From Ruminococcus bicirculans (ex Wegman et al. 2014) (GTDB lineage: Bacteria; Bacillota; Clostridia; Christensenellales; DTU072): DNA of 64,000 nt. Numbering within the stretch: the first letter of the stretch is position 1; each line of letters opens with the position of its first letter. The stretch covers positions 6,433 through 70,432 of the forward strand of contig CAVIFU010000003.1 of the NCBI GenBank assembly GCA_963642145.1, read 5' to 3'. The notes beneath the pieces are model-generated. The model was not told the origin of the DNA and made no database searches. It saw nothing but the letters and a program-made list of their open reading frames with translations. Position numbers and translations under genes: made by a program. Shown in pieces: positions 22,001-34,000 of this stretch.

Positions 22001-25000
22001 GACAGCGACGGCGTCATCAACCTCGACGTACAAAATACGATGCTCGTATTCAACCTCGGATTGAACGTTTACACAGATCTTTCCGATTTGACCGAGACGA
22101 CGATACAACTTTCGCTCAAACTCTCCGGTGAAGATTTGCTCGGAATATACTTCCTCGGCAAGACCAACACGGTATACGTAGACTTAGAAGGTCTCGGATT
22201 CTTCCGCGCGGCAGTCAACGGAGTAGATCTCATAGGAATACTCAATAACTTCGTGGGCGGATTCCTGGGCGACGACGGCTTGGAGATAGGCGAAATGCTT
22301 ACGGGGCTCATCAACGGGCTTACTAACGCTTCGCAACAAGACGCGGCGGCGAGCGCTTCGATAGCGGAAGATACCGACGCTCCGCGCAACGCGGCGATAG
22401 ACCTCGTAACGTCTACCGACAGCCCGTTACTCAAAATCCTCGTTTCCAACGAAGAACTCATCATCAACCCCAACGTTGCCATACTCCAAAAGCTTGTCGG
22501 CGACAGCATGATACTGCCCAAGATAACCGACATTCGTCTTGGCATAAACCTCTACCAAGGCTTGAATAACTTCAACCTCAAAGTCAAACTTGATCAGAAG
22601 GGCAACTATGTAAGTTTGGGCATACCGGAAGGCGGACTCAACGTATTGGTAGGCAAGGATTCCGAGAACCTCAAACTCTACACCATAGGCGACGAGTCCA
22701 CTTACGGCGGCGTCATAGGCATATCGCTCGGCGTGGATTCCGCCGGCTCGATTTCCGCCGGCATAGACGCGTCCAAGCTTGCGCAAGGGCTCCTCGACAC
22801 TATAGAACTCAGCGACTTCACGTTGTACCTCGAGAAGCGCAACGACTACTTCTTCTTCCGCAACTTAGCCTATAAGGTAAGCAGCGGTACCTTCGATTTC
22901 AGCGAGTTCGGCACGAGCTTCTCCACCGGTCCTACCGTGTTCTCCACTTTGGCGGATTCCACGACCTGGTCTAAGTACTCCACAACGACCGACGGCAAAG
23001 AGTTGAATCCTTATGACGTGGCGTTCGTATCCAACGGACAGGCGTTCAGCTTGACGATAGGCAGTTGGGATATCGGGAAATACATCAAGACATACGAACC
23101 CATCTTCTTCGATAACGCGTACAGAAGAGTGGCAATCTACGCCAACAAGAGCGTGCAGAACGTCGTGGAACTCGACATCAGACAGCTCACGCAGGTGGGC
23201 AACGTGGAAACTTACGCCAATTCCGACGATTGGGAGCCGATGGGCTTGACTGCGTTTATCAAGGATAACGTCATCAAACTCTCTCTCGACAACCTGTTGG
23301 TTATCGACTTGACCGGACTTATCAACCAAATTACCGGCTTCCTCCTCAAGAGCATCGTAAGCGCGATTAGCGGCCCTGCAGGCACGGTGGTCAGCGCGCT
23401 TTGGAGCGTCATAGGACCCGCGATTTCCGGCTACATAGCCGACCTTATAGGTAACTTCTCCATCACCATCGGCGGCGTGGAGTACGGCAATTACGGCAAC
23501 CCGCTCAAAGTAGGTAAGCTCGTTACGGATATTCTGTCCAAGGGCGACGTCGGCATAGGCGTGTTCAACATCTACTTGCCGACGCTACTCGGCAATACGG
23601 CAGAGGAGGAGAACAGTTACGGTTCGCTCTTCGGTAACGTCAACGCGCTGGCTAACGCTACCGATAATACCTACGCACCCGTAGAGGGCGCCAAGGTAAC
23701 CCTCCTTACCGGTAACAAAGAAAAGTACGTCACCTACACGGATGAAGACGGCGATTACACGTTCGTCAACATAGCCTCAGGCACGTACAACGTAAAGATT
23801 ACTTGCGACAAGTACAACGATATACCGAGGGTTGGACAATCCAATCCTCAGGTAACGGTATACTCCTACTACGATAAGCCCGCAATGGAAGCCAACTTCA
23901 CCATGACTAAGTATGAGGAAGGCTCGTGGACGAATATAACCATCCACGGCGTGGTGGAAAGAGAAACCGCCGTCAACGTTGTAGAGAAAGTAGAAGGCGC
24001 CGTAGTTTACATCCAAAACGACAACGAGTGGCATGAAGTAGGCAAAACCGACGCAAACGGCGCGTACAGCGGTACGTTAAACTTGACGCTCAAATCTTCC
24101 TACCACAGCATGAAAGTCGAAAATACCCCGGTCGGCACGATATGGTCGTCCGTAACGCTCACGTTCAATAACGAAGGCGGTACGAATACCGATTACACCG
24201 TCAACTTCAAGTATTGGGTCGGACGTGAAGCGGAGAAGGTGCCTACAATCAAGGCAACCATCCTCGTAAGAGACTTCGGAGACAACCTGCTCACGGGTAC
24301 GGCGTCGAGCGTATATGCAAAATACGCGCGCACCGACGAGGGCGAGGGAACGTCGTTTAACGCAAACGCCGTGCACTCGGGCTCCGCGATAAACGGAACG
24401 GTGATAAACGATAACTTCTCGGGCGCAGAGCACGCGGCAAGTTACAGCGAAAACGACGTATTCTACGACGTATACGAGTTTAGCTCGGTCGACGACCTGA
24501 AGACCGGCGTAAAAGCTCTTGCCGACGCTATAAAAGCTCTCGAAAAAGACAACGTCAAAATATACGACGTAACGGAAATCATAAGCGGATTGTACTATCG
24601 CGCGGAAAGCTATTCGGAAGCGAGCGCCATCGAGATTCGCGGATTCGTGGGTCAAAGCTACAAGGGAGAGCTCTCATACCGCGCAATCATAGCGCGCAAA
24701 GCCGCCAAGACCGCGGCGGCGGAAGAATCGGGCTTTGAAATTTGGCTCGAAAAAGACAATAGAACCATCAGGAATTCCGATTCCTTCTCGGGCGCAAGCA
24801 ACAACGTCATAACCGTCACCAAAGAGGACGGCTCGGAAGACTCCGCAAGGACGAATTACGCCCAAAATACCGCAAGGAATTACTTGTCTGTCATCCGTGA
24901 CGGAGAGGACGGCAAAGTATTGAAGCTTTCGGACATCGAGGACGAAGCCACGCGCAACAAGAACGCCGTTTACAACCAAAACAGCGGCGTGGCGACGATT

Positions 25001-28000
25001 AAGTATCTCGGATACTCGACCTACACCGTCAAGGTGCGCTCGACGTTGTACGAGAACGTCACGATAGGCACCGTTACTCTGACGGAGGACAAGTACGACA
25101 TCGACATGGGCGAAATCATCCTTACGCCCAAGACCAAGCCTAGTTGGATAGAGCAAGAGAACGAAGCCGAACGCATGCTCCAAGGCTTGCGCATCCGTCT
25201 CGGCGCGGATACTTTGGACGCTTCTAGCCAAGGCGTAAGCGGACAGGATCCGGAAACCGACGCCGGCTATACCCAAGACGGTATACCGCTGACTAAGTAC
25301 TCTTATCTCCAAAGCCTCGGCGACAAGACCGTCAACGCGCTCATTCACACCGCTACCGGACAGATCAGCAGCGCCATAGGTAACGCCATAGGTAACGCCA
25401 TAGGCGGTACCGGCGGCAGTATCGTCGGTAGCTTGGCAAGCAGAGGCTTGAACGCGTTGTTCGGACAAATCGGCGGCGCGGATACCTCTTCGCAATACTT
25501 AGACGCCGTAGGCAAACCGATATTTGTGCCTTGGACGAACTACGTCAACGGATACGAGCAGGGCGTGAAAGACGCTTCCGACTCCGTAACCTATATAGAA
25601 GCGTGGGTATCGTCAGACCTTATCAACAACATCGTATCCACCGTACACAACCTCTTAATGGCGTATACGGGCTACGGCAGCATATCTAAGGATAGACGCT
25701 TCACTTCCGCCGACCTATGCAAGATACCGGACGGCACGAGTGAGGACGACATCAAGCACCTCAAATTCTCCGGCGAATTCAGCGAGGATTTGGAAGAGAA
25801 ATGGGGCGATTACGCGTTTAGCAGTCAAACCGATTACACCGACATGCTCTACGAAGCAGGCGGTAGATTGGTGGGAAGCTTCGCGGTGTTTGCCGTCAAC
25901 TCCTTGGTAACTCTGGATCCCAAGTGGATGAACCTCATCCAAATGCTTGCGTATTCCATCGACGCCATCAAGGAAATACTCGACCAAGTAACGAGGCTTG
26001 TGTCGCACGCCTTACCGCTCACGAGCGGCTACTCCATGATTATGGAAAAGGATCTCCCGGGCAGCCCGCTCAATCAAACCGAGATCTACTCCACCGTTTG
26101 GGAGTACAATACCGCTTACGGCTATATGGATATAGAGAAGAAGACGGTATTGGGCGGAACAAAGACGCGTGAAATGTATCAGCCGTCATTCTCCACCAAG
26201 GACGTAAACGGCAACAGCCTCACGGTAGAAGAGAAGTCCTCGAGCTCCTATACGTTTGCACAAGGCGCGAACTCCATTAGTAAAGTTACGATATCCGACG
26301 ACAACGCTCTCGGCAAAGTGGTAGGTCAACGCTCTACCAACGTACAAGATCTCGTGGCTAACAGCGGCGTACTGGATAAAGGCGACAACCTCGTAGGCTA
26401 TAACTACAATTCCGGCATCTACGCCAACGACAAGATAAAAACCACCGTTGACGACAATCCCGTATTCGACGATGACGGCGAACTCGTAAGCGGCTATAAG
26501 CGCGAACTCGACTTCATAGACAAGTCCGTTTACGCAAAGGTAGTCCTCAACAAGGCTTCCGGCACGTTGCTTGACAGAATAGTTCTGTTCGTCAACGGCG
26601 CGACATACTCGAATACCGCTTCCGGCATGCTTGTAAATCAAACCGATTATATGCCCAACGCGACCGAACTCCGCGCCGATACAATTTTGTATAACGAGGA
26701 CGGCAGCTACCTCTCGGAGCAATACGAGGCGATGGATAAGATAATCCAAAAATGGATTAGCACCAACACCGTAAACTCCTATGTGGTAATCTCCGACTAC
26801 AAGTATTCCGCGAGTGAAACGGGCGTTATCACCTCCACGCTGATAGGCAAGACCTACGTAAGAGACGTCTACGGACACTTCGACTCGGAAGACTTTGCGT
26901 ACGGCGACATAAGCTGGATGGTATCCGAAAACAATTATGACAAGGACTTCAACGTAGAAAGCGTTTCGTACAGATACGCCAGCCGTTATCCGCTCAACAG
27001 CGACTTCTCGCTCAACTATACGGCGCTTACTTTGAGCGATATGCCTTATGTGCAGGCGCGCTCCATAATGTCGGCAAAAGACGACAGATTCATGGAAATC
27101 GATATCAACAACACAGGATTGCGTTTGCGTTCGGTATCCACGATAGGCAACAACCTGTACAACTCCACGCCCAACGGCACGAGCGGTATGTCGGAGACGG
27201 TAACGCAACCGCCCACGAAGATCGTCTTCCACGATCCGTACAACATCTTGGACTTTACCGCTTACGGCGGAACTTGGACGGAAGCATACGGCGGCGTAAG
27301 ACACAACATCAACAATGACGGTTCTTACTCCGTAAACAACATCAACGACATACTTCCCAACCGCGCTTACGCGACGTTTACGGACGGCACCTCGAACGGC
27401 TCGTCCGGCGTGGAAATGTATTGGGACTTCACAATGCTCAGCATGGTTCCGAGCACGGAAGGCACCACCGGATACATTCGCGGATATGTCGGCGAAGAGA
27501 CTTACAGCAAGAACGCCCAAGGCACGGTAACTTACATCCAAGCCGTGGTAGAGGGCGGATTGCTCATAAACATCGATTCCACCGACAATATCAAGGGACA
27601 ACCCGAGCGCAACAAGCAAGACGCCACGTTGTTCGCAATTGACGAGAACAACAAAGAAAAAGCGCTCACGCTCCCCGAAATCGATCCTTTGAACTTCGAT
27701 AAGGACGAATATTTGGCGTCACTGCCCAAGACCATCGTATACACCGCCAAGATGAGATACGAGAGGGAAGGCAGCTACCAGACGTTCACCGTTTACGGTC
27801 AGGAGACCGACTACATAGTCAAGAGATACGTATTCAACGACGTATCGTGGGATATAGACCTAAGCACCGTGTCCTACTCCGGTGAGCCCGCAACGCTCAA
27901 ATTGACTTACCGCTTTACTCCGAGCAAGGATACCGAGGGCAACACCTTGGGAGAGCCGTCCGAGTCGGTAACAGTCAACGTGCCGGTAAGCGTCAAGAAC

Positions 28001-31000
28001 TGCGTAGCCACCAATGTGACGAGGCTTTCCGCCGTCGAGTACGCGAACTTCGTATACCTCAAAGGCACGGATAACTCGGGCTACATGATAGTCGCGCTCA
28101 GCGATTGCGAATCGGATACGCTCAACGCGGTCACGCTTTCGGGAGTACAACAATTCACCGAGATAGCGTCTAACAAAGCCAAGAACTACGCGGCGCGCTT
28201 TGGCGCAATTACCGCGTTCGCCGGCGAGTCCACCGCCAATAGCTACTACTATGACGAGGAAAGCGACGTATTCTACTACGTATACGAAGGCGTAAGCACG
28301 GATGACTTCAACCTCTACGTCAAGTCATTCGGCGAGGATAACCGCCAAGAGATCCACAACAATTACGAAAAGTACGATACTCTCGGCACCGGCGCGACCG
28401 TATACCATTACAGGAAACTCGTCAATTCTTACGAGGCGGAGTTGACCGACAGAGACGGCGAAAACGTCATCGTGGTCAATCCGATTTTCGGAACGGATAT
28501 TCACGACAAGCTGTCCTCAGTTAAACGTATAGACATCACCGTCAACGAAACCGACAGGGATAACGAACCTACCGGCAATAAGACGGATATAACAAGATGG
28601 TATGTCGAATCCGTAGACGCCTCTTCCATAGCAAACGTAGACTTCAACGCCATCAGCCACGAAACCTACACGGTATACTTCAACGTCAAGGACGATATAG
28701 GCAATACGCAAAAGATAGCCGTTAAGGTAGAAGTTTTGCCTAAGAAGGTTGTCACGAACAACCTCGACGAAACCGTCCCGACCGACGGCAGAGTAATTAC
28801 TCCGTTCGATACGACGAGAGAATCGGCGTCCTTAGCCGTCTACTACAAGAAGAGCGGCTCGGACGGCACGATGATCCTCGGATTGTTCCCGAAGGGCACG
28901 GCGACCGCGTACACTTACCCCGATCTCACCGCGCTTACCGGAGTGACCGCGTCGAGCTTCCCGACAAGCATCGTCAAGGAGTACGGCTCGGTACCCGAGT
29001 TCAGCGGCGCGCGTAGCGGCATAACCGTCTACACCGACGGCGACGTCAAGTACATAGCGATTGAAGGCGTCAGCCTCGGCGTATTCCAAGAGTACAAGAA
29101 TAAACTCACAGAGCAAGGCGTCGTAACCACGGCAAGGGAAGACAGACTCTCCGAGTTTGCGTCCCTCGATAACAACCTGAGCGCGTATGTCGCGACCGGA
29201 TCGCTCAACGTGTTCGGACTGCCTACGAGCATCAACGTAGGCTACGGCACTGACGCTAATAACGTTTACCACAAAACGACGATATACGAAGGCACCGACT
29301 TCGTATGGATTGCCGATTCCGCGGACAAGCTCAAATACGATTACGATATGACAAGCGAGACTTGGACGTACACTTGGACGGCAAGAATAGGCACCGGCGA
29401 CAACGTGCAAGAGCTCCCCGTAGTCTTCACAATCAACCGCAGAGTGCCTTCGAGCATCAAACAAATCACCGTTTACCCGTACAGCGAGTACTACTCCAAC
29501 GGCGCGCAAGTCACGGATAAAGCATGTTCGATCGACAGTGAGCAATCGGTTATTTACTCGGACGGCACGGCGCGCAAGACAAAGGTATACTTCCGCATGG
29601 ACGGCGAGTCGTGGCAAGGCAAAGTAGAGGGTACGCCCGTAATCATCAACGGCGTAACCTACTTGACTGACGTCAGATTCATAGATCCTTCCTTCGACGG
29701 TAGCTGGTACTTTGCCGACGCCATCATGCAAGACGACGTATTCGGCACTTGCACCATAAAGAACGTTCGTATCATAGTAACCAAGAGCACCATTTCCTCG
29801 CTGGATATTCCGAGCAAAGAGATCTACGTCTATGACGCGGATAACGACATAACCGCATACCTTGCGCAGGAAGGCATAAGAGCGAACATCTATCAGATCA
29901 AGAATAACACCATCGGCACCAAGGCGTTCGAGATCATCGGCTGGTCCTATGTAGACGAAGACGGATTGCTTCCCTCCTACACTTACGACGGTAGCGACGT
30001 ACCGCAAATCAAGGTACTCATCGGCAACGTCGGCTACAAAGCGGGCAAACACGTTTGGGCGCAAGAAGTCACCGTCAACCTGTCTAAGGACGTTTACCCC
30101 GCCAAGGTATTGAAGAGAATCAACGATGTGAACGACGGCGGATACAGCCTCACGTACAAAGACGGCGGATATGTCATCGCCATAGAGGATCCGTTCAAGT
30201 TCGCCATGCCGACAGAGCTTACCGTAACGTTCGAGGACGGCACCGAGGGCGTCGTACCCGTAGAGTTCGACTTCGGCAAAGACGGTATTGACTTCTACAA
30301 AGCGACGGACGGCATCAAGGGCACCATGACCTTGGGCAACAAGGCAAACAATAAGGTTACGTTGAATGTGACTTACGTCAACGAGAATCCGCGTACGCAG
30401 ATAAAAGTAACCTACTACTCCGACAAGGATTGCGCCGAAGAGTTCAACATCTTCACCTACAACGCTTTCGACGTCATCAGGTTGCCTAAGTACGCGAAGT
30501 TCACCGTAGGCGGCGTTCAAGAAAATAACGTTTACGACGTAATTTGGGATTCCGTGGAAGCGTACTCGAACGAGGGCGGTACCGTCAAGGCGGTAAGCCT
30601 CATCGGCGACGACGTATTCGGCTACTTGAAGGACGTTGTGGAACTCACGATTAACGCAGAAGACATCATTGACTACTCGTTGCCGAGCATTGTAAGCGCC
30701 AATCCGTACAATATGAGTGCGCTCGGCGCGCTACTCGGCATCGACGGCGACGTATTGCCCGTCACCACCCTCGTAAACGGCGTCAAAGTAAACAAAGAGC
30801 TGAGCGTCAAGTATCCGACCATTGCAATAGATTATCGCAATACGGTTACGCACCTTACCGATATAGAGGTAGGCGTAACGCTTGACTTCGGCGGCGTCAA
30901 CAGGATAATGGACGGCGATACCGATATCGGCAAAACGCTGGAAGTAAGGAAAGCTCTCCCGATAACCGTAGTAGTGGAAAGCCGCGTTGCCATAGGCGTC

Positions 31001-34000
31001 AAGACGTGGTTCACCACCGAAAGCACCAACATCACCGGCAGTATCTACGAGCCCATCGACTTTGCTACTCTCGGCAGAGCGACGGTAGTGGCTGTCGGCA
31101 AGGACAAAGACTACGGCTCCAAGCTCCTGTCCGGCAAGACGACATTCGAAGACGTCATCGCCAACGCGACGCGTTTGGATTCCGAGATGTGGCCGGAAGA
31201 GATCAAGACGTGGAGCGCAATTGCCGATAAGGCAAGGGCAAACGGACAAATAGGCGCGGTTTACTACTCCGAAAGCGAGCAAACCTACTACGTATGCTAT
31301 CGCGGAGACGTAGACCTCGACTTGGTAGATTCCGCTTTGAAGACGGCAGGCGCAAGACAGACCGCAGGCGCGGATTGCATATCCTATTTCGATCCTAACG
31401 GCAACGTGATGGTACAAGCCAAGAGCTTCGAAGAGGGCGTAACCGTACTCTTTGAAAACGCAGAGGAAGAAAAGTACGACATCGCGTGGGATACCTCGTC
31501 GCTCAAATACACCTATGCCGGCGGTACCTATACGGTAAGGGCAACGCTTGCAAAGGGCGATAAGGAATTGGAGCAAACATTCTACGTCAAGGTGTACGTC
31601 AAACCCGCTTCGCTCGTATCCATAGGCGTCACGTCCGACGGCTTGGAGGAAGGTTCCGTCGTAAAGAGCGAGAACGGCATCATCAAAGAACTTGTCGTAG
31701 ATCCGTACATCGGATTCGTAGGACTCCCGAGCAAGGTCATGGCTTACTTCAACGGCTACAATTCGCCGATTGAGATTGACGTAAGCTGGAATTTCAGCAA
31801 GATTTTGGCTGAGATGACGTCTAAGGGCGGTACCTACGACGCGACCAACAACAAGGCGGCGGTAGCGTACGTTTACGTCACCGACGCAGACGGCAACAGA
31901 ACGGCGGTTCAGACCATTGAGGTACCCGTAACCGTACTTGACAGGAGCCTAAACAGCATACTATTCTCCTATTTCGCGTCACGCGCGGATTACGAAGAAG
32001 CGCGCGAAAACGGATATGGCGGTCAAGAGTTTGTCGAATATTCCGGTGAACTCTATGTAAACCCGTACCTGACCGCGTACAGCGAGGACTTCGATTCCGA
32101 AAACTTCGCGTACTACAGGAGAGTGTTACTGCTCGTCAACAGAGTGGATACCGACGATTTGGACGACAACGTTTGGAGCGACGCATACAAAGAGCTTGCG
32201 TTCAACCTTAATAAAGATTCCTATGTGATCAGAGATATTTCCACAAACAGGGCGACCGACCTCAACAACCTGTACACCGGCAGAAAGATCGACGTACGCA
32301 TTTCGTTCGGTTCTACCGGCGACACCGTAGGCTCCGACACCAAGTTCTCGCGCAGTATAACCACAACCATCTACAACATGACGTACGCGAGCGGACTTAT
32401 ATCGGAATACGCGGTAGACCCGTACGGCTTAGAGGGACCGACTGACGTATCCGCGTTTACAAGTTCCGAGAGGAAGACGATAACGACCGTATCCGGCGAA
32501 ACTATCGATATGGACGTAGCGTATGATTTGACAAACGCATATCCGTATGACGCAAACGGCAACGTGAAGATCACCGTCAAGGGCGGTACGCGTGAAATCA
32601 AAGCGACGTTCGGTAACGAATACGGCGGATACCAGACCAAGATCATCAACGTGAAGTACGCCAACAGGGAAATCAAGAGCTTGTTCGACGTCGACGACGG
32701 CGGAAGCTACGCCTACTCGAACGACAGCGGCGCGGTACAATTCGAGATTGACCCGTTCGTACATTACGAGAAGGGCAAGACATATCCCGCGGCAAGCAAC
32801 ACCGTGCGCTTCAAGTATGACGCACTCGTCGCAAGCTACGGTGACGCCGAATCCCACATAACGGTAGAGTGGGACGACGAAAACGTCGAGCTCAGCTACA
32901 AAGGCAACAAGACGTCCTACGCGCTTGCCAAGGTAACGGGCGCCGGCGGCGTATACGAGCAAACGCTCAGATACAAAGTCATCGTACTCGATAGAACCGT
33001 AACCTCGTTCGATAACATTCTCAAAGAGAACGCGGGCAAGATTAACCCGTACGAATACAGCTTTGAAGACGACGTTTCGTCCGCGGTAGTCAGGGATATG
33101 TTCCAAGCGAATGCCGACTTCAAGGTGGTATTCGGCAACATGACCAGAAACCCCGTCACCGGCGAATCCATAGACGAGGGCGACGAGCCGATGAGCATCA
33201 CCTTCACCCTCGGCGGCAAGGCTTCCAACAACGGATACACCTATACGGACTCCGACGGCAACAAAAAGACCTACACGTACTACCTTGCGGAAGGCGAAAG
33301 CGACTACGATTTGAGATTCGTACTTGACTCCGCAAGGGGACTCGGACACAAGGGCAAGGACGCAAGGTTCTACATCACCATCCCGGGCTTTGCACTCGGC
33401 GCCAAGGGCGAGCAACTTGCTTCGTTCGACGTGCCTTGCGAGCAAGCATACATGATGGGCGCAAGGTTCTACAACGGCTCGGGCGACGAAAACGACCCCA
33501 AAGCTTACACGCTCACATACCTCGATTGGTTAAAGAGTAACTACTCGGCAGATACGGAGATTATTCAACAAGTGCCTTACGCTTACGGCGCGTACCACGG
33601 AGATACGTATAAGATTTCCAATCCGTACTTCTTCATCTCCATGGGCGGCGTACCGTTGCCGGATAAGGCTCTCGTGTACGTAGGCGCGCTCTATGACTCG
33701 GACGGCAACTACCTGTATACGGATAATCCGGAAGGCGCCTACGACACGCAAAACAGCTCCTACTCCTTCTTGACGGAACTCGGTTGGAGCAATACGGTCA
33801 ACAGCAAGACGCGCATCAAGTATGACGAAGCGGACCACACTTCCGCATTCCAACTTGACCTCGACGGACAAACGTATAAGTTCAGATTCGCCGTAGATAC
33901 GAGCTGGAAGCTGTCGGAAGAAATAATTATCAGCGAGACGTACAAGTACGGTAAGGAAGAAGTAATTCTGATGCCCGATAACAGCGCGGTCAACACGCAG

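Noticed and set aside
25372-25405. 12 nt tandem repeat GCCATAGGTAAC x2.7 as a possible phase-variation (slipped-strand) tract.
   Set aside because: The unit is a multiple of 3, so a copy-number change would not shift the frame. It simply encodes the AIGN repeats of the glycine-zipper segment, which is reported as a protein feature instead.
26186-30520. Very long antisense ORFs inside the giant genes: 28832..30520 (562 aa), 26186..27619 (477 aa), 32429..33445 (338 aa), 10976..12061 (361 aa), and in the 53167 gene 56767..58236 (489 aa), 54559..55782 (407 aa) and 61183..62442 (419 aa).
   Set aside because: The long ones I checked (28832..30520, 26186..27619, 32429..33445, 56767..58236, 61183..62442) are all in exact codon register with the sense frame. 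An antisense stop therefore arises only where the sense codon is TTA, CTA or TCA, and these are rare here. Their translations are Arg/Val/His/Tyr-rich nonsense without RBSs, signal peptides or motifs. The sense-strand products have coherent domains. They are shadow ORFs.
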